A stretch of DNA of 41,061 nt, taken from positions 1 through 41,061 of IMG/VR virus record IMGVR_UViG_2770939580_000003, one strand, 5' to 3'. The position numbers and the translations under genes are program-made. Of this stretch, positions 19,301 to 29,000 are shown piece by piece (position 1 is the first letter of the stretch; each line of letters begins with the position of its first letter). The DNA comes from a virus (taxonomy: Duplodnaviria > Heunggongvirae > Uroviricota > Caudoviricetes). Below the pieces are notes generated by a model that saw nothing but the letters and a program-made list of their open reading frames with translations, did not search any database and had not been told where the DNA came from.

Positions 19301-22023
19301 GGAATCAAATATCCAAGCGGATCATCTGTCTCAATGGTAATCGGTCGTGTATTGTAATCTGCTCCATACGTGACCTCAGTAATTTCACCGTCCAGATTTT
19401 CTTTTACTTTAGTTCCTTCGAAATGATCTGTCTCCTTGGTAGCTCGATACTTCTCTACTTCTGCATAGGCGCTACTACTCTCATGGGACGAATCAGACAT
19501 TTTTTTGGATGCCTCAGAGGTTACAGTATCTATATGGCTTTGATACGTATTTTTCATGCCCTCCAAATTAAAGGAAAGTAGTTCTGACTGATGATCACTT
19601 TTGTTAGCAATTAGAAAGCCACACTCTATCAGCGCATCGATACGCTGCTGAATATCTGCCAGGTATTGCTCATTAATATACAGAGCATGATGTGGATCAT
19701 GAACAGCCTCTAATAGCATTTCCAGCAATACCGCTGGAGTATTGTTCATAATCTCTCCTACAATGAGCTCTTCATCAAGATATCCCGGATACGTTTTATT
19801 CCCCAGCCAACCTCCTCCAATGAACTTATCGAGAAGCTCGTCTCTAATTATTGCCGTACGTGCCTGCCCACGTATGGATTGAAGGACGGATTCCCTATTC
19901 ATTTTCATAGTAGTTCGACTAAATTTAACCGGTTGATCAGTAAGAAACATATTCTTTTGTTGATTATTTTTATTATAACTGTTTAATATTTGGATCAAGG
20001 TATGTCTGGTTTGTTCTTTGTTGCCCGTAACTGCCACAGCCTCAGGCAGCCACAGTTCTTGCAAAGATTTACGTTCAGCTTCTGTGACTTCAAGCAACTG
20101 ACTCTCAAATGATTTTTTTCGCTCTGCCTTTTCCTCGGATTCAGGAAGATAAAGCTCCCTGCCGCCTGTCTGTCCAATATAAAATTTTTCATTAACATAA
20201 GTGTCAAACTCACTTTTTCTTTCGCCTTTAGCGCTATCGCGAAGTAACTCCAGAGCCTTCGAAACCAAACGGTTTCCTATTTCAGCATCTCTTCTTACAT
20301 CTGCTTCCCTTTTATATACACGTTTACTTTCGTGCAAGTTTCTAAATACAAATCCATACTCTATATGCTCACGGTAGGCCTGTTCCACTTGATCATCAAT
20401 TAAACTGTGAACTACAAAAATACGTTTAGCTTCCAGTAGTTCATCATTCACGTGCAGCTGCTCCATAAAAATTCGCTGAGCTGTGGTTAAACCATTCACA
20501 TTGACCATATCGGCTGTTTGACTGCGAACAGATCCAAAAAAATGACGTTCCACTTCCGTTATTACTGATATCTCTCTCGAGGTATCAATAATTCCTGATT
20601 GCGTTAATGTGGGATGATTGTCTGTAATTCTGTTAGCTTGGTGCCAAGACGTTTCACTGGCATAAAAGACCGAACCATTTCGCCCGTAGTCCCTGCTGCT
20701 TTTTCTTAAATTATGGCTTAAATAAGTGTTCGTCATGACTTCCCGTTTCCCCCGAAAATCGGCATGAAGAACCGTCGGGTACTGACGATCTTTTAATTTG
20801 GCTAGCACATTCTCATGCAGTACTGCTCCCTGCTCAATAGAACGTTTAGCTTGATTCAGATGTGAAAAAAATATATTCTCCTTGATTTCTCTCATAGCTT
20901 GCGAAACATGGGGACTGGTTGTCGCATGAAATGTTTTTTCCCGTATGCTAGAGCCTAACGTTTGCAAGAGTTCAACCTGCGCTGCCTCATATTCTCGATG
21001 TGCTGAGGGCAACGTCGAATCAATGTGAAGATATTTAATTTCCTGAAAGAGACGATTCACTGCTATGGATACATCAGGTGGAATAACGATTTCCTTGTCT
21101 GAATTCACCCTTTTAGCGTTGATTAGATTGCTATGCGTGTATGTATCTTTTTCTTGCTCCCTGAAACCTAGTAAGTTCTCATATATGAGCTTTACCTCTT
21201 GTTGACTTATCTTCTGAGACTGAACACTCTGCACTAGTTCTGTGTCTCTGAATTGATTTTGGATTGCCTCGAGTAAATATGGATTCTCCGTCTGGCGTCC
21301 TATTATTTTGTTTACAGTATGGTAAACCTCTGTTACTTCCATATCGGGATAAGCTTGCCGGACAGCATCTATCCATTGCTCGATTATCAGTTCAGATTGG
21401 ATATCATGCTCTGCGCCAATCGCATAATCAGCAATCATGCCGAATTCACTAACTTTGAAGCTGATCTTACTAGGCTCCAATTTATCCAGATTGTTTACAA
21501 AGTTGCGAGTCAGTCCTAATTTCCTAAAAATTCTCAGTTCTTTATCGTTATCTACTCGCCAGCCTTCCGTCATCTCATCGTGGACAATGGAGTCTTTCCG
21601 TTCGTTAAACCGGTCACCTTGAGATGGATTATCCATCTCAAGGGCTTTAATTAAAGCAGAACGCTCCATATCCAACGAAAAATCCATAACGGTACCTTGC
21701 TTGATAGCCGAGTTTGATCCCTCCAATGAATGGTTCACGATCTCTGCTTTATCAGAATGTGATTCGCCCAAAACGATAAAACGTTCTTCACCTTCCAGAT
21801 CTTTTCGGATAGCTTCCACCAAATCCTGATTAAACCCGTTTGAAATAGAGCGAGCCATATAAAAATCAAGCATGAGCACGCTCGGGTAACGACTATAGGG
21901 CATATATATAAATCGATAATCCTCCGGTCTGCTACCTGTAGTTCCAACAGTGAACAAGTAACCGAACTGAGTGGTCGTATAATCGATGACAGTAAAATTG
22001 AATTGGTTGACTACTTGACTCAC
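16318..22023 (-). CDS. giant quasi-repetitive fibre-like protein with C-terminal ConA-like lectin domain
   Basis: 1901 aa, AAGGAGG RBS, roughly 15-17 aa periodicity; C-terminal YKFSVNFKVD..DDKGAGILFKYLDDQNYW...KWYMLSVSV..NRLQIYTD. Confidence 0.65.
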   Translation of the reverse strand: MSQVVNQFNFTVIDYTTTQFGYLFTVGTTGSRPEDYRFIYMPYSRYPSVLMLDFYMARSISNGFNQDLVEAIRKDLEGEERFIVLGESHSDKAEIVNHSLEGSNSAIKQGTVMDFSLDMERSALIKALEMDNPSQGDRFNERKDSIVHDEMTEGWRVDNDKELRIFRKLGLTRNFVNNLDKLEPSKISFKVSEFGMIADYAIGAEHDIQSELIIEQWIDAVRQAYPDMEVTEVYHTVNKIIGRQTENPYLLEAIQNQFRDTELVQSVQSQKISQQEVKLIYENLLGFREQEKDTYTHSNLINAKRVNSDKEIVIPPDVSIAVNRLFQEIKYLHIDSTLPSAHREYEAAQVELLQTLGSSIREKTFHATTSPHVSQAMREIKENIFFSHLNQAKRSIEQGAVLHENVLAKLKDRQYPTVLHADFRGKREVMTNTYLSHNLRKSSRDYGRNGSVFYASETSWHQANRITDNHPTLTQSGIIDTSREISVITEVERHFFGSVRSQTADMVNVNGLTTAQRIFMEQLHVNDELLEAKRIFVVHSLIDDQVEQAYREHIEYGFVFRNLHESKRVYKREADVRRDAEIGNRLVSKALELLRDSAKGERKSEFDTYVNEKFYIGQTGGRELYLPESEEKAERKKSFESQLLEVTEAERKSLQELWLPEAVAVTGNKEQTRHTLIQILNSYNKNNQQKNMFLTDQPVKFSRTTMKMNRESVLQSIRGQARTAIIRDELLDKFIGGGWLGNKTYPGYLDEELIVGEIMNNTPAVLLEMLLEAVHDPHHALYINEQYLADIQQRIDALIECGFLIANKSDHQSELLSFNLEGMKNTYQSHIDTVTSEASKKMSDSSHESSSAYAEVEKYRATKETDHFEGTKVKENLDGEITEVTYGADYNTRPITIETDDPLGYLIPGVGQFPDDPAYETGHVQRKGLPEPELIAGQRLDHNGERLSEEIAGNVRSRNSDRMIELNMGKVDRDRSGIVLEAHNPGRLELRQMMLHEDSLTGESNLSEAYLQNTDWLGSNQDRETVIYREYATGAANIRQLYLNNVYTAGTLQHEQGITILEQPLGTEIWRSSVLDYDYSIGNSISREGISDVEYFLSFNESKDALFDITFETGERQVLQSDMGISLFETVKHSEAGLLQDEFSAGALFLQHANMMEMLVALPSSYDGEMNSQFIAKNMELSSDLSEELLFIKVSKEAWIHEMETEVVKLRLGQMHEEYGLADHEIRETHFVEPIENAMKNNKAVELEESLLTGSKETRTAFNEETTESEKEKTVQLEEQLLADKPQYGNLDLILPLGGTNLKYGDIPVESIGGTGLHYGDIPIELVGGTNLKYGKTQEVLFSEKPQEGKVEEIWFADKPQYGYWEENLAGLKNNKGSVITEILDLSKELKSMDLMDKLYASKSVRSAHTHEMTSGSMKLLEGESINIILDSYKESKGSRVSTDLVGFQYKQFDVIHIVTGDNEKREAHLDRNLVTGSRMSYYADNHQLHEGMAVPRKVTLELEQIIAGKMDRYAYSHKLFNGEGVERRSQGYDGLFAMRSERLSDSSDEETSYADNAPYQSYIVKDGETFGSKLSDSGRLHEMTSEAITEERVSSIEQETRFGLANARLSEIEEPESLVASFEERCAQIITGFIFAERPEKRSEYLQELYAFLPERTAHLMEYYHLAKTEPNDSFKVTEHLFAHQESEDAYLPIMDTMAQGLMFDYSDDLLERGMNPEDWEGGMGVPEEYDPHDPFNVYYPYSRDMDALELSQTDEWKSFGKGIWDRDELLGKFYSKNETAEMSGWYRNNFLADTYKFSVNFKVDSDADDKGAGILFKYLDDQNYWMFMIHGGDRENNLDMRSPMQLYQVVAGNVRPVGSPMQPFKWEKGKWYMLSVSVMENRLQIYTDSKLQYDLTGTD
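17935..18177 (-). repeat. 14-16 aa tandem repeats (GGTNLKYG / ADKPQYG)
   Basis: ADKPQYG..GGTNLKYGDIPVESI GGTGLHYGDIPIELV GGTNLKYG..SEKPQEG..ADKPQYG. Confidence 0.85.
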
Positions 22024-22042
22024 TTCACGACCTCCTTCCGAT

Positions 22043-22084
22043 AAAAAAAGGGAACCCCCTGAGTGGAGTCTCAGAACGTTCCCT
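22043..22084 (-). terminator. two-part hairpin plus U-tract in the leader of the 1901-aa gene
   Basis: AGGGAAC-GTT-CTGAG-ACTCCA-CTCAG-GGG-GTTCCCT-TTTTTT, ending about 5 nt before the RBS. Confidence 0.75.
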
Positions 22085-22094
22085 CTTGCTGAAT

Positions 22095-22122
22095 CTATAC
22101 GACACAGCTTACATTCAGTTTA
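22095..22122 (-). promoter_or_regulatory. ECF-type promoter motif TAAAC-N16-CGTATAG
   Basis: TAAAC TGAATGTAAGCTGTGT CGTATAG, intergenic. Confidence 0.7.
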
Positions 22123-22124
22123 AT

Positions 22125-23261
22125 TTAGGCTGTATAGCGAACTTCTTTCAGGATCGCCACACCCATGCGTTGGTTAGCCGATAGATTCATAAAATTTTGA
22201 GCCGTATCTGTGTCAAAATAACGATATACCTCTTGATTCCAGGTTTTCCCTTCAACATCAATAATCAACTCATCGAGATGCAGGATATTATGTTTGGTAA
22301 CCGCAATGCAGTTATCAAATTGACCGCGATACCCTTCATATGGATGAACAACATAAATTGGAGACAAATGATATTTCGAAGTCCATTTTGAAGCCTGAAA
22401 GCCCTGCGGTTCCAATTCGAGACCAGTATCTCCTAATTCCGGATCTTGATAAGCTTTCCCTTTCGGTGGAGCCTGTGTAATAAAAGAAGGATAATGCTGC
22501 TGAAACTCAATGCCCGACTTGGTTTTTAACATCTGAAGTGTGTTGTTACCAGCAGAAGTATATTGCCCATAATAATAGGTCCCTGTCGACGCAATTTTAG
22601 AGATATCAGGCTCATCAATAACCGCACCAGCAGTCAGCATTACATTTCCATCCACATCATTCAGATTGTATTTAAACGGTTTAAGGGCACCGACGTACAG
22701 GAACGATTTTTTGTAATCCAGGAAGTTTACAGCCGGGTCGGCCACAAGAACCATAGCCAATCGGTTGTTCATAACATTTACATACATATATACAGGCTTT
22801 TCTTTATTTCGATCTGTCGGCGTGTAATTTTCCAGCGCCCATTGGTACAGTACAGGGTGACCTGTCAATTTGAATGTTGGACGAGTAGTGACTGGCAGCG
22901 CTGCTGGTTCACTGCCCTCCAAATCTTCAAGCAACTGAACAGTTAATGTACTATGTTCCTCGTAAGCTGGTACGGGAGCAACCTCACGTGGTACAAGCGC
23001 ATGATTAATAAAGCTCACATAAAAATGTTTTGTAATTGGGGTTGTCTGCGTTCCAATCGTCATAATGCCCCGCAAAATTAATTCCTGGATGCGATTGTTA
23101 CTGTCCTTCTCTTCGTAGAAGACTTTCCATTGATTTTGCTCTTGAGCTTCACCTGCAGTTGATTCGTAAGGATAATTTCCAAAGTCAGTAACTTCTTCCT
23201 TCAATTTAGTCAACAAGTCCTGAGAAGTAGTAATTGTTTCTACATATTTAAAATTTGTCAT
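22125..23261 (-). CDS. EGxRG-family structural protein, paralogue 2
   Basis: NNRLAMVLVAD...SPIYVVHPYEGYRGQFD...LDELIID. Confidence 0.75.
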   Translation of the reverse strand: MTNFKYVETITTSQDLLTKLKEEVTDFGNYPYESTAGEAQEQNQWKVFYEEKDSNNRIQELILRGIMTIGTQTTPITKHFYVSFINHALVPREVAPVPAYEEHSTLTVQLLEDLEGSEPAALPVTTRPTFKLTGHPVLYQWALENYTPTDRNKEKPVYMYVNVMNNRLAMVLVADPAVNFLDYKKSFLYVGALKPFKYNLNDVDGNVMLTAGAVIDEPDISKIASTGTYYYGQYTSAGNNTLQMLKTKSGIEFQQHYPSFITQAPPKGKAYQDPELGDTGLELEPQGFQASKWTSKYHLSPIYVVHPYEGYRGQFDNCIAVTKHNILHLDELIIDVEGKTWNQEVYRYFDTDTAQNFMNLSANQRMGVAILKEVRYTA

Positions 23262-23275
23262 TTGTATTTTTCCTC

Positions 23276-25231
23276 CTATTTTATCTCTTTTAAGAATGCA
23301 ATGGTGATGACATCTGGTGAAGGAGAATGCTTGAACAGATTAAGCGGGCTTTTAATGCTGAAAAATTTGTACACTTCTGTCCATGTTCCCAGCGACGGTT
23401 TGGAAGGGTCCTTCAGAATCTCGGTATCTACAATCAATTCATCGCGATTCACCAGATTATGGTCATAGATCGCAACCACACCGTCCATATACCCCCGATA
23501 ACCTTCTGCCTGATGAACCAGATAGATTGGACTTGCATGATACTTTCCAGTCCACAGTGACTTTTGGAAGCCTGCCGAATCTACAATTAACTTGGAGAGA
23601 CCTGAAGGAAGTTTCCCTACAGAAGGATAATTCGGCAGATGCGAGATAAATGCTGGATAATAGCGTTGGAACAACACGTTGCTTCTTGTTTTCAACATAG
23701 ACATGGAATCCATACCATTAGAGGTGTACTCCCCATACTGGGCATAAACATCTGGATTAAGATCCGTCAGAATATCATTTTTGGTATAACCCGTCATATC
23801 CGTCCGAAGATCTCCCATTCCTACGGTTACGCCAAAATTCCCTCCGTGATCAAACTCATTAAACGGTACAATTTTACCTATGTATCCAAAACTTCGATAA
23901 TAGCTGTGAATATTAGGGGAAGGGTCTCCTTCAAGTACCAGGACAACGCGATCGTTATTCACTGAAAGAGTATACGATACTAAATAATCCGGTCTTCTTT
24001 TTTTATTAGGAAGCCATGATGTTGTAGAATTACGACCATGGAAAAAACGTGCAGCCGGGCTAACAATTTCTGTTTTCTCGTCATAATCCAGTTTCCATTT
24101 CGTGGATGGTGGAACAAATGGTTTAAGTGCCTCAGGATCATTCCATACAAGATACATATAATGCGCTTTTAGCTGGTCAATGACAGTTGGTGATTTCCCC
24201 AATGTAATGCTATCCGGATCACAGATCCCGTCATACGTTTTACTTTCACTGCCTTGCTCATTTTTGCCTTCAAAACCTTCTCCATAGTAAACATTAATAT
24301 AATTCCAATCATTAGCAGGCTGCTCAAGCATGACATAATAATCACGACTCTGGATGCCCGAAGGAACCGTAGGTGTTGCTTTGACAACCGTTTGGGCAGT
24401 TGCATAATTCAGAACATCAGCTGTGTAGTAGAGTTCATCAAATTTGTAGGTTTGTTTAACAGGTTCGTAATAACTATCAACAATACTGGCCCAATCCCAG
24501 TAAGGGGATGAATATTGTGATACTACTCTTCTGGTAAAGTTATACTGATACTTCCCCTTTGGAGTAAGCTGGATTGCATAAGCCCAATCCGTAGGCATCT
24601 CTGTAATGATCTCAAATTGATTCCATTCCGCAGATGGTTTTGTTGTTCCATCCAGATTGCCAATAACCTGGCGTACAAGATAAGCTCGGTACCCCTCAGA
24701 AACCGAACTATCCTGAACTACTGTTACTAGACATCCAGGAACATCCACATATACTGTTTCTTTCGTAAGATTATCCTGATAGCTGAATTGAACAACCTGA
24801 ATTTTTCTTCCTGTCTTATAGTTTCCATAAGTTGTACCCACATTGGACGAGTTTGGATTAGGCTTGCCTTCAATTTTCTCATCGTAGTAAATCGACCCTA
24901 CTTCCCAAAGACAACCATCTGCATCTAGTGCTGAATCCCCGGTGTGACTTTTAGCCCCTGTCCAATCCGGAATTTTGTACACCCCATATTGCTTTCCATC
25001 CGAATGAGCATACATGCCAACGATACCTTTATGATAATTCTTACTGTAGGTGACCCATTTCGCTCCATCAGACTCATACACCTTTTTCCAGCGATTAGCG
25101 TCAAGGCCACCTTCAGCTCTGGGAATATCAGCATTCACAATCTCATCCGCCAAAGTATTAATCAGTTTTTGTGCTTCCGATTCTCCGTCCAGATATGCGG
25201 CAAAATTCGTTAGCGGTTTTTGCAGTGCCAT
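23276..25231 (-). CDS. EGxRG-family structural protein, paralogue 1 (with large insertion)
   Basis: start ATG 25231; NDRVVLVLEGD...SPIYLVHQAEGYRGYMD...RDELIVD. Confidence 0.75.
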   Translation of the reverse strand: MALQKPLTNFAAYLDGESEAQKLINTLADEIVNADIPRAEGGLDANRWKKVYESDGAKWVTYSKNYHKGIVGMYAHSDGKQYGVYKIPDWTGAKSHTGDSALDADGCLWEVGSIYYDEKIEGKPNPNSSNVGTTYGNYKTGRKIQVVQFSYQDNLTKETVYVDVPGCLVTVVQDSSVSEGYRAYLVRQVIGNLDGTTKPSAEWNQFEIITEMPTDWAYAIQLTPKGKYQYNFTRRVVSQYSSPYWDWASIVDSYYEPVKQTYKFDELYYTADVLNYATAQTVVKATPTVPSGIQSRDYYVMLEQPANDWNYINVYYGEGFEGKNEQGSESKTYDGICDPDSITLGKSPTVIDQLKAHYMYLVWNDPEALKPFVPPSTKWKLDYDEKTEIVSPAARFFHGRNSTTSWLPNKKRRPDYLVSYTLSVNNDRVVLVLEGDPSPNIHSYYRSFGYIGKIVPFNEFDHGGNFGVTVGMGDLRTDMTGYTKNDILTDLNPDVYAQYGEYTSNGMDSMSMLKTRSNVLFQRYYPAFISHLPNYPSVGKLPSGLSKLIVDSAGFQKSLWTGKYHASPIYLVHQAEGYRGYMDGVVAIYDHNLVNRDELIVDTEILKDPSKPSLGTWTEVYKFFSIKSPLNLFKHSPSPDVITIAFLKEIK

Positions 25232-25242
25232 CGTCACCCTCC

Positions 25243-25653
25243 TTATTTCAAAAATTTGATGTTGTACCAGACCGTTTTGGCCTCAGGCACTACGCTTACG
25301 AAGTCGAACTTGATTGTGGTTCCAGCCGGGATCGGGTAAACAATACCGAAGCTGTTCCCCATCGATACCGATTCGGGAAGTTCCTTCGTATAAATCGTAT
25401 TGCAAATTCTCTCTTTCCCGATGGTCAGTTCCCAATAATCACCCACGCAATATTGACTTGCTGCAAACGCAATGCTAAGGAACTCCGTGTCATACGCCAG
25501 AGTGAACGTATCCGACTTCGTGGTCTTCGCCGCTGGAATATCCAACATCTGTCCCCGAATGAACGGGATTGTTTTTTTGCTGAAGTGTGGGTACGGCAGC
25601 TCGCGCACTTTGTCGATGACGCCACCCGCGATATAGGATACGTTAAATGCCAT
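25243..25653 (-). CDS. small beta-sandwich hypothetical tail protein
   Basis: 136-aa ORF with AGGAGG RBS and an upstream ECF motif. Confidence 0.75.
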   Translation of the reverse strand: MAFNVSYIAGGVIDKVRELPYPHFSKKTIPFIRGQMLDIPAAKTTKSDTFTLAYDTEFLSIAFAASQYCVGDYWELTIGKERICNTIYTKELPESVSMGNSFGIVYPIPAGTTIKFDFVSVVPEAKTVWYNIKFLK

Positions 25654-25671
25654 GAAACCACCTCCTGTAGG

Positions 25672-26088
25672 TTATATACGATGTACATTTGTACCAGTTA
25701 AGCGTCCTTCGTCATCATAATTCAGAGCAATATTATAGGTAAACATGGCTTCTCCTTCTGCATCAAACGTTCGGGCCGTTACCTGGGTTAAACGGTAGTA
25801 CCTGTAATATTCATAATCTGGATGGTCATAGCCTACACTTGAAGGAAAATCATCCTCGTCTTCTGACCCGAATTGGAGCCAGATGGATACCTTCCATTGG
25901 GATTCATAGATAAGATCTGCCCCAGTGACACGGTCCGGGTCCTTTATATGTTCTCGATACAAGGTTACAGAAGGCTCGCCTTCCAGCGGTGAAACGCTAG
26001 ATGAATTTGTACTGCTGAATTTTCGAAGCTCTCGGTGAATCAAATCCAGCACGGGAAATACGATATTTTCGTTGACAATGCCCGCCAT
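25672..26088 (-). CDS. hypothetical tail protein with terminal YD-like hairpin
   Basis: 138 aa; overlaps the hub gene stop by 1 nt; ends LNYDDEGRLTG. Confidence 0.7.
   Translation of the reverse strand: MAGIVNENIVFPVLDLIHRELRKFSSTNSSSVSPLEGEPSVTLYREHIKDPDRVTGADLIYESQWKVSIWLQFGSEDEDDFPSSVGYDHPDYEYYRYYRLTQVTARTFDAEGEAMFTYNIALNYDDEGRLTGTNVHRI
25675..25701 (-). promoter_or_regulatory. ECF-type promoter motif TTAAC-N16-CGTATA
   Basis: TTAAC TGGTACAAATGTACAT CGTATA in the last codons of the upstream gene, just before the next RBS. Confidence 0.72.
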
Positions 26089-29000
26089 TACACCATCACT
26101 CCCTTTCTAGCCCACATCAAATCAATAACTTGAAGCATGCCACGATCCACCGTAAATGTGGTCTTGATACTCTTAATCGTATAAATGGCTCGTGTCGTCG
26201 TTGTTTTATCTGTCACGATGACATTATCCAGCAGATCAAGCGCCGGATTGGCAGGTATGGATACCTGCAATGTACGGCACATACGCTTCATATCAAAAAA
26301 AGCTCGCTCCGCCACTTGTCTTTTGGCTTCTACCGTTTTCGCCCACGGCACATTAAGCACCATAGTTCGAATTTCCCCTTTGAGCTCCAGCAGAATCTCC
26401 TTGTCTACAAAGCTGCTCTGTCCCTGATTTGCATCTACAACGACAATGTGACTCCGCCCTCTGGACCAATCGGTTGATTTGGTAATGGAAATCAGATTGT
26501 CATATTCAGAAAATTCGGCAACAACAGGTTTGTCGTAATTCAACCGTTCCAGGCGATAGGTTCCATAACGATCACAGTAACTGCGATAAGGAATTTCCGA
26601 GATCACTTCTTGCACCGCTTCTGTCACTTTGGTGGACCATTGTTCAAATGTTCTCCCATATTCCTCAGTGAACGGATTTAACCACCCGTTTGGAGTCAGA
26701 ATGGTGCTTGCATCCTTCACTTCAAATTCGCCTTCCTGACCAGGTACAGGAACAATAACCCTGCCTGTTTTCTGGTTCACCTCGATCAGGTACGTCTCAT
26801 CAATAACATAATCGGGATAAGAACGATCTTCACTGGTTGCTCTCCAGCCCACCAGACCTGCATGCTTGATGAGATCAAGCACAACCGTTGACTTCACCCA
26901 GGCTACCTTCTCAAATTCAACAGGCTGGGAAGCTGCAGGCGCAGCACTTGCAGCAGTAGGAGCTGTGATAGTCCAGCTTCCCGGGTCTGCCAGCATCTCC
27001 TGATAATACATCCACACTTTATCCACCCAGTTCGTCTCATCCTCACTCCAAACCATAGGCGCGATATCTCCACCCCTGTGGAAATAAAGGACATCCGCCT
27101 TGGAGGTTACTTTTTTGCCCTTGGATGCCAGAGCTCTGGACATGCGTTCTGCACCACGTTTCATCTGCTCCTGAATGCCACTATACTTCTTGTCAGGGAT
27201 GCCATATCCGAGAATGAAACCGCCACTAGCTTCTCTGCCTCTGCCCTGCGTACCCATGACCGTCTCGTGTCTGCAGATGGCCAGCAGGAACTTGTGATCC
27301 GGGACACCGTAAGCTGCAGCTTGTACTTGTGCGGCTTGAATGATGGTTGAAGTCCTGTCCGTCTGAACAGCCGATGCCGGAACCGGATCGGGAACGTTAT
27401 CTATATCATCAACTTCAGGATAAGCCTTCTTCTCTGAAATGACTTTTTCAATAACTCGTTTGTACATATCCCTCGCCGTAATCTCAAGTGTGGAATCCTC
27501 ACCATTAATATCTACCTTATCAATCAATCCTGTAAAAACACGCATCATATGTTGACCATATCCCATATAGATGCGTATCGGTGTATTCTCACTCAGGACA
27601 CCTACATGAAAACCATTGGCAAAATACGACCAGGGTGAAGGTGTTCCTTCTAGTTCGGGAAAATAAGCTGGATTGTAATCCGGGGAAAAGTAACCTCTAG
27701 GATTGGAAATTGTCAGTCTTGCTTCCCTTGCTTCAGCATCAAAAACATCATCAATCTCCGCTGCAATAATATTAGGAAGCACCTGAGTATCCATATAAAC
27801 AAAAGATCCAACCTGGATTACATCCGTTTCCTGCCGGTTATTCATCACAAAGCTCTCATAGCTGTTCGTCTGATAATAACCTTCAGATGGGTCGAGTCCT
27901 TCCTCCGCCTTCTGATTTTTTAAAGGAGCTGGAAGCAGTTCCTGGATGCGAATATAGTCGATGGCAAGCTTCTTGAATTTATTGTTCGTCTTGCCTGCTG
28001 AACCCGATGAAGCAGCCGAATTGACTTTCCCGCCGTAGGTCACTTTAACCTGGATACGTTTGGACTTGGCTGGAATCACAATGTTTTTTAATTCCGTAAG
28101 TTTCGTCAGATCATAATCTCCGGAAAATGAGTTTATGTACGCATACGTCTTTCCATCAATGACTATCGTAAAAGAGTCACCTTCTGATCCACTAAAATTA
28201 GTACCTAATCCAATACTAAGCAGCCCTAATGTAGGCATGCTAAGCTTGGTAACATCGATCTCAAACTCTACCACTACCGCTTCTCCGCCAAATGTATACA
28301 GCAGCTTGCCACCAGAATCGGCCAAAGTCCAGCCGGATTCAATCTTGGCGTAATCGCCAAACTTCAGTCCAGTCTTGTACACACCCTTCTCGTACCAGTT
28401 GCGTTTGTCAAACTTCTCATTCAGCTTGATCTCTCCAGGATAGCCTCCAACATCTACTGGTCTAACGTCACGAAATGTGGTCTCTGCATTACCGTGTAAT
28501 TTTCGCTTGCCTTCCAGATACAGCTTGGGATTAACCGCCTTCCCGCCTTCTCCGGTTTTGGTCGTTGGATTAACCCCCTCCCATATTTCAAAATGTAGAT
28601 GTCGTCCTCGGCCAGCTGCTCGCTCAGCAGCAGAAACTTTATGCCCATTCGTATAGACACCGCCTGTATTGCCAAGCGTTCCAATAACGTCGCCTTGTGC
28701 TACTTCATCATCTACTGAACAAAGAATATCCTTGAGATGAAAATATTTTGTAATAATGCCACCAGCATGCCTTATATTCACGGCATTTCCCGCGCCCTCT
28801 GTCTTGCTTCTAGTTATTCGTACAACTTTGCCTGACCATGCAGACAAGATTGGAGTCCCTATCTCATCCCATAGATCAATTCCTCGGTGTGACCGACCAT
28901 TCGATCTGGCAGCACCGAATTTATCTGTAACTTTAATCGTATTTATCGTCTTGCCCTTTACCGGAAAACAAATGTCCTGCGCGTTTACTTTTGTTGAACC

